64,000 bases of DNA from Pelagomonas calceolata. Taxonomy: Eukaryota. How positions within the stretch are numbered: position 1 is the first letter of the stretch; each line of letters begins with the position of its first letter. Where the stretch lies: contig CAKKNE010000001.1 in the NCBI GenBank assembly GCA_918797485.1, positions 5,394,001-5,458,000 on the forward strand. Direction: 5' to 3'. The notes beneath the pieces were generated by a model, which was not told where the DNA came from, searched no databases, and saw only the letters and a list, made by a program, of their open reading frames with translations. A program made the position numbers and the translations under genes. Shown one piece after another: positions 31,856 to 41,304 of this stretch.

Positions 31856-33266
31856 CTAGGCGGCGGCCGGCGCGCTCGTCGACGCGACGGCGTAGAGCAG
31901 CCCGTACTCGATGGTCTGGAGCGGCCAGAGCAGGAGCTCGACGACGAACGGAGGAGAAAACATCTGGGTGTACTGGAAATAGAAGCCCACCGCCGCCAGC
32001 GTCCAGCCCAGGACCTCGTCCAAATACGTCTCGTTGTGGTCCACGTGGACGATGCCCCTACGGTCCAGAATGGCGAAGAGCGAGCGGAAGACCATCAGGC
32101 CACCGCGCGTCGCCGAGTAGAACGCCGTGATTATCTTCTGGACGTGGTACGCGATGATCACGGCGATGGCCTTGCACGTGTACGAGATGTACGTCGGGAT
32201 CCACCTACAGAGACAACATCGCGTCGATGGCGTGGGGCGCCCAAATTCGATTTCCACACAGGCGCCGCACTTATGCGAGTCCTTGTCCATCACGTGGACC
32301 ATGACTTGCGTCGCCGGGACCCGGAGGAGCTGTGCGACGAAGTCACCAATCGCCGCGCCGAGCGCGATCATCTGAGCCTGTGCGGAAATCAAAATTTTAC
32401 GGCGCGTTCGTGCTGAATCATCGCGTCGTCCTCCACGCCATCGACGCGGCGCGTGCTCGATGGCGTGGCGAAACCGGTCTCTCACCGCTCGACCGAGCCA
32501 GGATGGCCGCGTCATCACCGAGAAATGACTTAGTGAAGAATTGTCGCATGCACCCGACGCAGTGTTTGATTTCCACACAGATCTGGGCGAATTGAATCTT
32601 GAGCACCGCCAAGACCGCGACCCAGGCCGTGTACACTCCTTTGAACGCCTTGTCGAGGACGTGCGGGTCCGTCGCCTTGAGGAAGACGCCGTGCTTGCGT
32701 TTCGCGAGCTGGACTCCAGTGATCTCTTCAACATCAGCGATACCGTTGTTGTCCGTATCTACCAAGTCGTCCGCCGCCGAGGCCTTTTTATACTTGGACA
32801 GCTCCACGGCGATGTCGTGCAGGGCCTCGTAAGTGTCGCTGCCGCCGCACTGGCGCGCGGCCTCGAACGCGGCCATGGTGAGCGGATAGAAGCCGCCGAA
32901 GAAGACTAAGCACAAGCCCCAGACGACACCAAAGACATCCGTAGGTAAGGACGCGCAGAACTTGGCAATGTAATAGGCGATCTGGCCGTAGATCGGGAGG
33001 CAGACCTCGCAGCACACCGCGATGCCTGCGAGGCACGGCTTCGTGGCATTCAAGCACCCGGCCATCTTTCCGGGGGCTTTCGACGACGCCGATTCAATGA
33101 GTGCTTCAAACTTCTTCTGCTCTTTGGCTCTTAACGAGCCGTCGAGGACCCACGTCGGCGCCGCGGGCTTAAAGTCGGAGATATCAATCTTGCTCTCCTC
33201 CGCGTCGGTCCCGCCGTAACCTGGCTCCTCCTTAAGGGCAACCATCTCCGATTCATCCTTGCCCAT
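31856..33266 (-). CDS. Multi-pass membrane protein with an EF-hand-like loop, 3 exons (33266-32589, 32377-32271, 32204-31856)
   Basis: Several TM segments; DTDNNGIAD; spliced length 1134 nt in frame. Confidence 0.8.
32205..32270 (-). mobile_element. Truncated introner-derived GT-AG intron, 66 nt
   Basis: One TIR (gatttccacacag, ending at 32261) and the core cgcgtcgatggcgt retained; splicing gives DSHK-WIPT. Confidence 0.8.
32378..32588 (-). mobile_element. Longest introner copy, forming a GC-AG intron, 211 nt
   Basis: TIRs ctgtgcggaaatca / tgatttccacacag; TSD atctgagc (32370-32377) / atctgggc (32581-32588). Confidence 0.92.
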
Positions 33267-33569
33267 TTTCTCCCTGCCTCGGCGCGCTGGACTCCGACTT
33301 CTAAGGCCGAGAAACGACGTGGTTGACAATTTATGCTCGACGACGCAAGCGCGGCGACGAGTCGTGTGGATTTATAACGCGTCTCGACGCACAGCACGCT
33401 CTGAAGTGAGTGGCTGTGGCATGGCAGCTGTGGGCTCTCAAATCGGGTTTTCTAACCAATCCCACAGTACGCCGCTATGGACGTGTCGAACGCACCAGGT
33501 TTGCGCGTCACACAAAGTCAGAGTCAAATTCATTAAACAGGGGAATAGGGGGGGAGCACCGCGCACTAC

Positions 33570-33650
33570 CACCAACCAGCAACAGACTCTCGCCGCCAAG
33601 GCCCATGAATGGAGCCGAGGGCGGGTCACGTGGTCTGTCGCGGGTCGGCG
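33570..33650 (-). promoter_or_regulatory. Candidate SECIS element
   Basis: Helices cgccgacc/ggttggtg and cgacagac/gtctgttg; GUGA..GA core; upper stem ccgcc..ggc/gcc..ggcgg; lies in the 3'UTR of the UGA-containing gene. Confidence 0.7.
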
Positions 33651-33688
33651 GCGCGTTTGCGATGAGAAATCACGCGAAGCCGCCGCGC

Positions 33689-34906
33689 CTAGCCTCACGC
33701 GGCCGGCTTCGCCGACCCGCCCGCCGGCGGGCAGCAACCTGTCGCGGCGGGCGCCACGGGCGCGGCGGCGACCGGCGGCGCCGGCGGGCAGCACGCCGCC
33801 GCCGACGACGACGGGGCGCAGCACGCCGCCGACGCGCCGTAGAAGACGCCGTCGCGGAAGCCGTGGGCCTGGCGCGGCTTCGTGGCCGTCACGTAGGCCG
33901 ACGTGACGTAGTTCTCGGCGCCAGAGCCGGGGATCCAATCCTTGACGATGTCGCGGCCGTTCTCCTTGACAGTGATTTTGATGTCGTGGAAGCCGGCCGC
34001 AACAAGCATGTCGCGGATCTCGTCCTCGGCGCTGGCGCCGCTGACTCAGCAGGCGTAGGCCTCGGCCGTGCGCAGCTCCTCGGGGATTGTGGCTGTCCTT
34101 AACACGTCCGAGATGGACACGCGGCCGCCGGGCCGCAGCACGCGGTTCATCTCGCGGTAGACGGCGGGCTTGTCCGGGCTGAGGTTGATGACGCAGTTCG
34201 AGATCAGGCAGTCGACGACGCCGTCGCCGACCGGCAAATGCTCGATCTCGCCCAGCCTAAACGAGACCGTGGCGTAGCCCTTGGCCGACGCGGTCTGGCG
34301 CGCGCGCTGTAGCATCTCGGGCGTCATGTCGACGCCGATGACGCGGCCCTGCGGGCCCACCTGCTTGGCCGCCGCGAAGCAGTCGACGCCGGCGCCGCTT
34401 CCCAGGTCGAGCACGACCTCGCCCTCCTGGAGCCGGGCCGCGATCAGAGGATTGCCGCAGCCCAGTCCCAAATCCGCCCCTTCCTCGAGCTCCGTGCCCT
34501 CGTAGCCCAGCTTCGCCGAGCGCTTCTTCGCGTCGCCGACGTCGCCCGGTAGCACGCCGTGGCCGCCCGTCGCCGTCGCCGCGTAGGCGTCGCGCACGCT
34601 CGACCGGACGTCCGTCGAGCCGCCTCTTAAGGAAGCGAGCGTCTTCGGGACGTCGTGCGGCGCGCAGCCCGCGCTTTTGCCGTCCAAGGCTAGAGAGACC
34701 CACGGGAGAGAAGTAGCGCCGAGCGCGAGCGCCGCTTCCTCGCCGTCGTCCTCGTTGGCGTCGCACGTGGCCACGGTACATCCCTCGGCCGAGCAGATCA
34801 ACGCGAGCGGCGCGAGGCTATTCACCGCGAAGACGACGGCGCGCGGGCCGGGCTGCGCCAGGAAGGCGCGCGCCGCGGCCTCGTCCTCGAGAGAGGCTTG
34901 GGCCAT
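33689..34906 (-). CDS. arsM: Selenoprotein arsenite methyltransferase (ArsM/AS3MT) with an N-terminal Trx-like domain; Sec at 34046-34048, possible second Sec at 33695-33697
   Basis: [34 protein letters not shown], then AYAC-UGA-VSGA continuing in frame to [17 protein letters not shown]. Confidence 0.88.
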
Positions 34907-35140
34907 CCTGACGCCGCGCGGTCTGGCGCTCCGCCCGCTCGCCGCCGCGGCTAGCGTCGCTACCGCGAGGAGGACGGCGCGCCGCGTCTTGCCTGATGCC
35001 ACGCGGCGCCACTCGCAGCGGCTGGAACGAGGCGCGGCCGCACAGCTCAAAATTTGAGATGTGTGGCGGTCTACCTGTGTCTGGCAACGCGCAGCGATGG
35101 CGTTTCAGGCTCTATTCAATGTGATGCGCCTCTCATGTTA

Positions 35141-35229
35141 TCTAGCGCCGGTAAGACACTAGTAAGCAGATCGTGTCCATGGGATCCGTCGCGCCGCGTC
35201 CGCGTATTAGCTAGCGGCCTGTAAGACAC
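35141..35229 (+). promoter_or_regulatory. Two copies of the bipartite motif (35141-35163, 35210-35229)
   Basis: tctagcg-ccg-gtaagacactagt and gctagcg-gcct-gtaagacac, upstream of arsM. Confidence 0.65.
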
Positions 35230-35250
35230 GAACAAGTAAGCAGAATCGAA

Positions 35251-36078
35251 TTACCCGTCCCCACGCCTCATCGGGTCCGTCGCCGCGTCCGCGTATTGGC
35301 GGACGCCGTGCCCACCGTCGACGTCCAGGACTACGCCCGTGACGAACTGTGCCGACGCGAGGTAGTGGATCGCCGCGCCCATGTCCGCGGGCTCCCCTAC
35401 TCGCTGGAGCGGTAGCGACGCCGCCGTGTTGGCGAGCATCGCCGCCTTCCTCTCGGTATCCATATGATCGAAGCGCTCCGTATCGCAGAAGCCGGGAGAC
35501 ATACAATTCACTCGCAATCGAGGGCCCAGGTCCAGAGCCAGGGAACGAGTCAAGCCTTCCAGTGCGCCGTTCGTCGCGGCCAGAGGTGCGCAGTTCTTGC
35601 CCGGCCGTCGATTCAAGACGCCCGCAACAAACGTGATCGATCCGCCGTCGGCGAGAACAGGCGCGACGTGCTTGGCGCAGTGCCACGCCGTCCAGAATTT
35701 AGAGTCCATCATGCCTCGAGCGTCCGCGACGTCAAGCTCGGCGACGGGTCCATGCGGCGCCCGGCCCGCCGCCGAGACGACCAAGGCATCGTAGCTGTCG
35801 GGAGCGAGTCCCGCCGCGAACGCTGCGACGGACGCCTCGTCGGTGGCGTCGACGGCCGCCGTGTCCACCGCATACGCGTCGGCGCCCGTCTCACGCATAA
35901 TCTCCTCGCGCGCGCGCTGCAGCTTGTCGGCACTACGCGATACGAGCAACGCGTGGCCGCCATTCTTCACAAACTGCTTTGCCGCCGCCTTACCCATTCC
36001 GGAGCTGCCTCCCACGACGATTGCGCGCTGTGGGGTCATCGCTGTGGCCGCTGCAATCCATGCCAACACAAGCTGCAT
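35251..36078 (-). CDS. Short-chain dehydrogenase/reductase with a signal peptide
   Basis: IVVGGSSGMG, RVNCMSPG, LPLQRVGEPAD, FVTGVVLDVDGG. Confidence 0.9.
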   Translation of the reverse strand: MQLVLAWIAAATAMTPQRAIVVGGSSGMGKAAAKQFVKNGGHALLVSRSADKLQRAREEIMRETGADAYAVDTAAVDATDEASVAAFAAGLAPDSYDALVVSAAGRAPHGPVAELDVADARGMMDSKFWTAWHCAKHVAPVLADGGSITFVAGVLNRRPGKNCAPLAATNGALEGLTRSLALDLGPRLRVNCMSPGFCDTERFDHMDTERKAAMLANTAASLPLQRVGEPADMGAAIHYLASAQFVTGVVLDVDGGHGVRQYADAATDPMRRGDG

Positions 36079-36307
36079 CACTCCAGTGTGCCAGCGGACG
36101 CAGCAGCAATGCAATGAGTGCGCGTAGGGCAATGGAAAGATCACCAAGCGTGTGTTGACGACGTCTTTGCGTCACGCCTCGCCGCGAAGGGCAGAGAGAA
36201 GCTGGCAGCTCTGCCACTGCTGTGAGAGCAAAGAGGTTGTGAGCAGCCAAGCTATCGCATAAATCGTCCAGCGGACTAGCCAATCGGCGCAAAACAGCTT
36301 CTCGGGT

Positions 36308-37396
36308 ATGCGTCGACGACCGCTCACAGCAGCGCTGGTACTCGGCGCATGCACGGCTCTGAAACCACCAGACTTCCTGCGCAAAGCTGCAGAGAGCCTG
36401 CGAGCGGCCACGTCCGGGCCGCCGCCACCACAAATCCAAGCGTTCCTCGCCGGCGCCTCATCACAAGCAAAACGTGAGTACGCCGCGTTGCAAGACGCCT
36501 TTCCGGTGGGAGCATCTGAAGACGTGCAATTAGAATATAGCGCGTTCGAGCAAGTCTTCGCGGGCCGCCAAGCGAGCGGCTCGTCGGAGACGGCGTGGGC
36601 CCAGCAAGAAGCGTTCGAGTGCCGCGGCGAGGTCTACGCTTTGGAGCCGCACGCGCCGGATCAGCTCGTCGCTGCCGTCCGACGAAACGGCCGAGGCGGC
36701 GTAGGACGCCTGCCGCGCGCCGTCGCCGTGGACAGGGCGCGAGCTCTGCGGGACCACGTCCTGCGCGTGCGCGACGATTCACCGCTCGTGGGCGACATCC
36801 TCGGCCCCAGCGACAACTCCATACCGGACGCGCCGCAAACGAGATGGGACGTGTTCATGGACCCCGCTGACCCTGAAGTCGCTTCCGTCGTCCAAGAGCT
36901 CCTAGCGGGCCCCGTCGGCGCCGCCTTCGCCGAGCTCTGCGGGCCCGATGCGGTTCTACGTGAATGTTCGGCCGTGGTCTCGGCGCCCGGGTCTCCGCCG
37001 CAGCCCTGCCACAGCGACACGAAGTGGACCGAGGACTTGGTACTCGCGACGTGTTTCGTGGCCCTGCAGGACGTCGGGCCGGAGCTCGGTCCGACTAGAT
37101 TCCTGCCGGACACGGCGACGGCCGACGCGCACGGAGCGCTCGCCGACGCCCTCGCGGCGCCCGACGCCGCCGCGGCCGTCGTGGCGTACGCCGAGACGGT
37201 CTCGCAGCTTGCCGTGCTCGACGCGGGCGACGCGACGCTCTACGAGTCGCGGCTGCAGCACGCGGGTACGCCGAACTTTGGAGATAGGGACCGGGTCCTC
37301 TTCTACGTGTCGTTCGGCCGCGAGCCGGAGGACGCGCCGACGAGCATCGACCCGGCCGTGGCGGCGCGCGGGCTGCGGCTCGGGGATTTTCGTTGA
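36308..37396 (+). CDS. PhyH-like 2OG-Fe(II) dioxygenase
   Basis: QPCHSD, FVALQDV...GPTRF, LQHAG..N, RVLFY; signal peptide. Confidence 0.8.
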   Translation: MRRRPLTAALVLGACTALKPPDFLRKAAESLRAATSGPPPPQIQAFLAGASSQAKREYAALQDAFPVGASEDVQLEYSAFEQVFAGRQASGSSETAWAQQEAFECRGEVYALEPHAPDQLVAAVRRNGRGGVGRLPRAVAVDRARALRDHVLRVRDDSPLVGDILGPSDNSIPDAPQTRWDVFMDPADPEVASVVQELLAGPVGAAFAELCGPDAVLRECSAVVSAPGSPPQPCHSDTKWTEDLVLATCFVALQDVGPELGPTRFLPDTATADAHGALADALAAPDAAAAVVAYAETVSQLAVLDAGDATLYESRLQHAGTPNFGDRDRVLFYVSFGREPEDAPTSIDPAVAARGLRLGDFR

Positions 37397-37489
37397 TGTT
37401 GTTTAAGTTGTATCTGGGATGAACTCTGCCCCCAACGACGGCCCCGCCCTCCTCCCGCCGGACGAGCACATCCTGAACTTTGAGACGCA

Positions 37490-37509
37490 GCTAGCTGAAA
37501 GACACTAGC
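37490..37509 (+). promoter_or_regulatory. Bipartite motif copy with a shortened spacer
   Basis: gctagct-gaaagacactagc, 88 nt upstream of the ATG at 37597. Confidence 0.55.
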
Positions 37510-37596
37510 AAGCAGGCAAAAAATGAGAGATCGAAGCGCTGCGCGGCAGCCCAGAACCGTTGCCAGCGTGGAGATAAAGGAACACAAAATTACAAA

Positions 37597-38772
37597 ATGG
37601 CAGCCCTCGACACGCCGGCCTACGAGAGCACGAAAGCGGCGGCCGCCGACCTGGATAGAGCCGAGGCTTTAGAATTTGACGCGGGCCGGCCCTACCAGCT
37701 CCTCGTGGCCGAGGCCGAAGCTAGAGCTAGGTTCGAAGAGGAACAGATGCGCTGTCGCGACGGCGACCGCGTGCGGGAGCTGATCAGCGTCAGGCAGAAC
37801 GACGACCACCTGCGCGTCGTGGCGCCGCCTTCTATAATAAACGTGGGCGTGCGCGGCGAGCTCAGGCTGCGCATTGCCGCCCAAAAAGCCGACGAGGTCG
37901 TCTACGCCGTCGGCCGCGACGGGCGGCTCCCGGATTCCTTAGACGGCTGGCGGCGCTCGGACGCGGGCCGCGACGGCGCCAAGGAGGCGCTCCTTACTAT
38001 TCCGAAGGGCGGCCGCTACCTCATCGCGTGCTTCGCGAAGAAGGGCCTCGCCCAGTCCGCGGTCACGGCCGCGTACGTGCAGCACGAGGACCCCCTCTAT
38101 TTATATACGGAGCGGCACGCGCACGGGCTGCGGCGGTTGGATGACAACGACCAGGACGGCGACCACGCCTGCGAGCGCTGCGGCGCCACGGTCGAGGGCG
38201 CGGGCTACTGCTGTGTGGAGGGTAGTGCCTTTGCGCTCTGCCGGAGCTGCGCGCTGCCAAACGGGGACGATCAGCGGCGCCTCGCCGTCGACTTCTCCAC
38301 GGGGTATCTCGAGGAGGCGAACGCAACGAAGGACCGGACCGCGGCGCTCGACGTCGGCGGCCGGCGCCTCTGGCTGTCGGAGCCGGTCCGCTTCGCGGGC
38401 AACGGGTCGCGGGTCCTCGACGAGAAATTAATGGCCGTCGCCGCGCGCGCGCTGCGGAGCCACCCGGGCCTCTTCATACGGTGCGAGGCGCATTCTACCG
38501 GTTGTGGATTGGAGTGCGACGGGTCCGGTCCGTGCTCCAACGAAAAGTGCCGGAAGCTGTTCGGGGCGCGGGGCGGCGCCGTGGGCTTCTCCCGAAGCCG
38601 CGCGGAGGCCGTGGCGGCGTCGCTCGGGGGTGATCGGGTCGAGGGCGTCGGTCTGGCCGGGTCGCGGCCGCCGATGGATACCAAAAACGGGCGCCGCGTC
38701 GAGTTCCATTTGTCCGCGGTATCCAAGCGCGACGACGACGTGCCGATGCTTCCGGACTTGCCGCCCGAATAA
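37597..38772 (+). CDS. Protein with a Cys-rich zinc finger and a C-terminal OmpA-like domain
   Basis: CERC...YCC...ALCRSC; IRCEAHS, SRSRAEAVAASL, NGRRVEF. Confidence 0.65.
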   Translation: MAALDTPAYESTKAAAADLDRAEALEFDAGRPYQLLVAEAEARARFEEEQMRCRDGDRVRELISVRQNDDHLRVVAPPSIINVGVRGELRLRIAAQKADEVVYAVGRDGRLPDSLDGWRRSDAGRDGAKEALLTIPKGGRYLIACFAKKGLAQSAVTAAYVQHEDPLYLYTERHAHGLRRLDDNDQDGDHACERCGATVEGAGYCCVEGSAFALCRSCALPNGDDQRRLAVDFSTGYLEEANATKDRTAALDVGGRRLWLSEPVRFAGNGSRVLDEKLMAVAARALRSHPGLFIRCEAHSTGCGLECDGSGPCSNEKCRKLFGARGGAVGFSRSRAEAVAASLGGDRVEGVGLAGSRPPMDTKNGRRVEFHLSAVSKRDDDVPMLPDLPPE

Positions 38773-38792
38773 ATAATTCAGTTGTTTTTTAC

Positions 38793-40844
38793 TCACATCA
38801 TCCCGTGCCTCTCCATGAGCTCCAGCACGGACATGGCGTCGTGCGCGTCCAAATTCCCCTGGAGCCCGTCGGCCTCCAGCGCCGCCGCATCACCATAATA
38901 CCGTTTCACGGTCCTAATATTGAGCTCGCACTCGCGCACCGGGTCTTCCGACCGCGGAAACGTGTCGAAGTAGATATGCCCGTCAAAGTGATTCCGTCGC
39001 AGCCAATAGACGAATTCGCGCGCCATCGTGGGATGCACGCTCCCAAACACCAAGCCATCTTCCGCTCCTATCCGCTGGTACCCGTCGTTCAGCTGCACGC
39101 CGAACAACTTTCCGCGAGAAGCGACCTGCGCTATTGATTGAGCGGGGTTCTCACCAGCAGCAAGACAGTGGCCTATATCTATCGTCAATCCAAAATTCTC
39201 CCGATCGACGTCCTGGCACAACACCAAAGCACTCCCCGTCGACGGCACGGCGAAGAAGCGCGTGTTCTCGTCGGTCGGCTTGAACTCCAATGAGACTTTT
39301 ACGTCCGGTGCAGCATCACAGACTTGCTGGAAGCCCGCCACCAATCGGGACCAGAGCTGGTCGTAGTCGCACTGGAGCGAGTAGTCATAGCCGTCCCAGG
39401 CGCTCCAAACAACCACTTCGGAGGCGCCCAAGGCTTGGGCCCAAACACACGCATCAATTGTTAATTTGATGGCTTCTCGCCTGACACTTTCGTCAGGATG
39501 CGTGAGCGAGCCTCTACGAAATTTGGAGGCCGGGTAGCGCAAGCACACGGCGCCGCACTTTAGTGAAGCCTCGTCGAGAGCTGCCCTGACGTCTTCCACG
39601 TTCAAATCACCAAGGTGCTCCGGGAAGTTGAAATCCACTAAATCCAACCCGTCGATGGTACCTTGCCTTCGCACCCAGCCCAGCGGGTCATCACTAAAAC
39701 CCTCGGCGAGGTCGCGCCGGTCCTTCATCGAATTCAATCGCGACGCGAACTTCCACGGGCACGCGTCGCCGCCTCTCAAAGACCACCACTTGCGCTTGCC
39801 GCCACCACGGGGCACGTCGGGCAGGGAAGGTAATAACGCGTCGCGCTCCTCTCGAGAAGGTAGAGAGGGCTGCGCGCCTTCCTTCGTGACCGCCGCCGCG
39901 CCCGCCGCCGCCGCGTGGCGCAGGGCCGTCCTTTCATCCAAACCTTCCGCCAGGGCGACGGCGAAGGCCGCTCGGAACGCGTCGCCCGCGGCCGTCTCGT
40001 CGACGGCCTTTATTGACGTACACGCGTCGCCGACGACGACGCCGTCCTTCGAGACGAGGCGACATCCCCTCGAGCCTAGTGTAGCCAGGACCTTGGTGGC
40101 GCCCCTTGCGATCAAGACGTGGCACGCGGCGTCCACATCCGCATCGGAAGCATCCTTCCTATCGAGATCCCTTCCGGTCAAGCGAGCCAGCTCCGACACG
40201 TTCGGCGCGACGTACGTACACCTCGCGAGGTGCTCGTCGCTCATCTCTCTTTCTTCACCGCCGCAGTCCTGCACCACAATAGCGCCGGCTTTTTGTGCCG
40301 CTCTTGCGACCACTTCGTTAATTCTTTCAGGAACCTCGCGCTGCAGCAGCACGACGCGCGCGTTCTGGACGACCTCGGCCGCCCAGGCGTCGTCGCAGCT
40401 CTGCAGATCCCAGCCGTGGTTCGCGCCCTTGTTCACCACACTTAGTACCGTGCCGCCGTCCTCCAAGAGCACGAAGCCCTGGCCGCTGCCGCCCGCGACG
40501 CGCCGCACGCCACTGATGTCGACATTCGCACGTTGCAGCTCCTTCACCAAGACCTCGCCGGCCGTGTCCGATCCCACTCTACCGTAGAACGCGATTTCGA
40601 GAGTATCGTCGACTAATCGCGCACACGCCACAGCCTGGTTCGCGCCCTTGCCGCCGCAGCAGACGAGCGGGTCGCCGCGCGTCGACACCGTCTCGCCGCG
40701 CGTCGGCAGGCGCGCGCCCACTGCCAAGGTCGTGTCGAGGTTGGCACTACCGACGACGGCGATGCGGTTTCTACGTTCACCGCCGCGCGGGGAGCGCTTG
40801 ATGGCCCCGGCGCTCACCACGAGGAGTGCGAGCAGCCGCGTCAT
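38793..40844 (-). CDS. Ribokinase (PfkB) fused to a xylose-isomerase-like TIM barrel
   Basis: VVGSANLD, GGKGANQAVA, DETAAGDAF; then DFNFPEH, SLEFKP, DIGH, QLND, YFDTFP; signal peptide. Confidence 0.88.
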   Translation of the reverse strand: MTRLLALLVVSAGAIKRSPRGGERRNRIAVVGSANLDTTLAVGARLPTRGETVSTRGDPLVCCGGKGANQAVACARLVDDTLEIAFYGRVGSDTAGEVLVKELQRANVDISGVRRVAGGSGQGFVLLEDGGTVLSVVNKGANHGWDLQSCDDAWAAEVVQNARVVLLQREVPERINEVVARAAQKAGAIVVQDCGGEEREMSDEHLARCTYVAPNVSELARLTGRDLDRKDASDADVDAACHVLIARGATKVLATLGSRGCRLVSKDGVVVGDACTSIKAVDETAAGDAFRAAFAVALAEGLDERTALRHAAAAGAAAVTKEGAQPSLPSREERDALLPSLPDVPRGGGKRKWWSLRGGDACPWKFASRLNSMKDRRDLAEGFSDDPLGWVRRQGTIDGLDLVDFNFPEHLGDLNVEDVRAALDEASLKCGAVCLRYPASKFRRGSLTHPDESVRREAIKLTIDACVWAQALGASEVVVWSAWDGYDYSLQCDYDQLWSRLVAGFQQVCDAAPDVKVSLEFKPTDENTRFFAVPSTGSALVLCQDVDRENFGLTIDIGHCLAAGENPAQSIAQVASRGKLFGVQLNDGYQRIGAEDGLVFGSVHPTMAREFVYWLRRNHFDGHIYFDTFPRSEDPVRECELNIRTVKRYYGDAAALEADGLQGNLDAHDAMSVLELMERHGMM

Positions 40845-41025
40845 TCCTCCGCTGCGCAGCTGCTGCGGATCGCTGTGCTTGCAAGGTATGCAGACTCGCA
40901 CTACTCCCGGAACTGTGCAGCGAAGCTAACCACGGCCAAAGCCCACACTGTATGGCTTTCTGTGCTGCACTGTAAGCCGTGTGAGGCGCGTTAGGCTAGG
41001 ATTTCTAAGGGAGAGCAGCTCGCGT

Positions 41026-41049
41026 GCTAGCGTCGTGTAAGACACTAGC
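41026..41049 (+). promoter_or_regulatory. Bipartite intergenic motif copy
   Basis: gctagcg-tcgt-gtaagacactagc between divergent genes. Confidence 0.7.
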
Positions 41050-41304
41050 AAGAGCAAGCCCGAGAGTCTGCTGCAATTTCCACGGCACTTTGCGGCTCAC
41101 GGTAGACCTGCGCTTATTGGCGGGGCCCCACAGTACTACAGGCTTGATCCGAGAGGCTTGGCTCGTGACGAGAATCGACTGACAACCTTGACTCAAGGAA
41201 TCCAGCGGCGGTTACGCGGGCGCGGCGCGCGGACGAGGGATTAATTCTGTCCGAGATCATCTTTTTCAAGATAAAACAACCGCGAGGGTTTCACGTACCG
41301 CGGA

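Noticed and set aside
34907..35050. N-terminal extension of ArsM shown in the ORF track
   Set aside because: It begins at TTG; the first in-frame ATG is at 34906.
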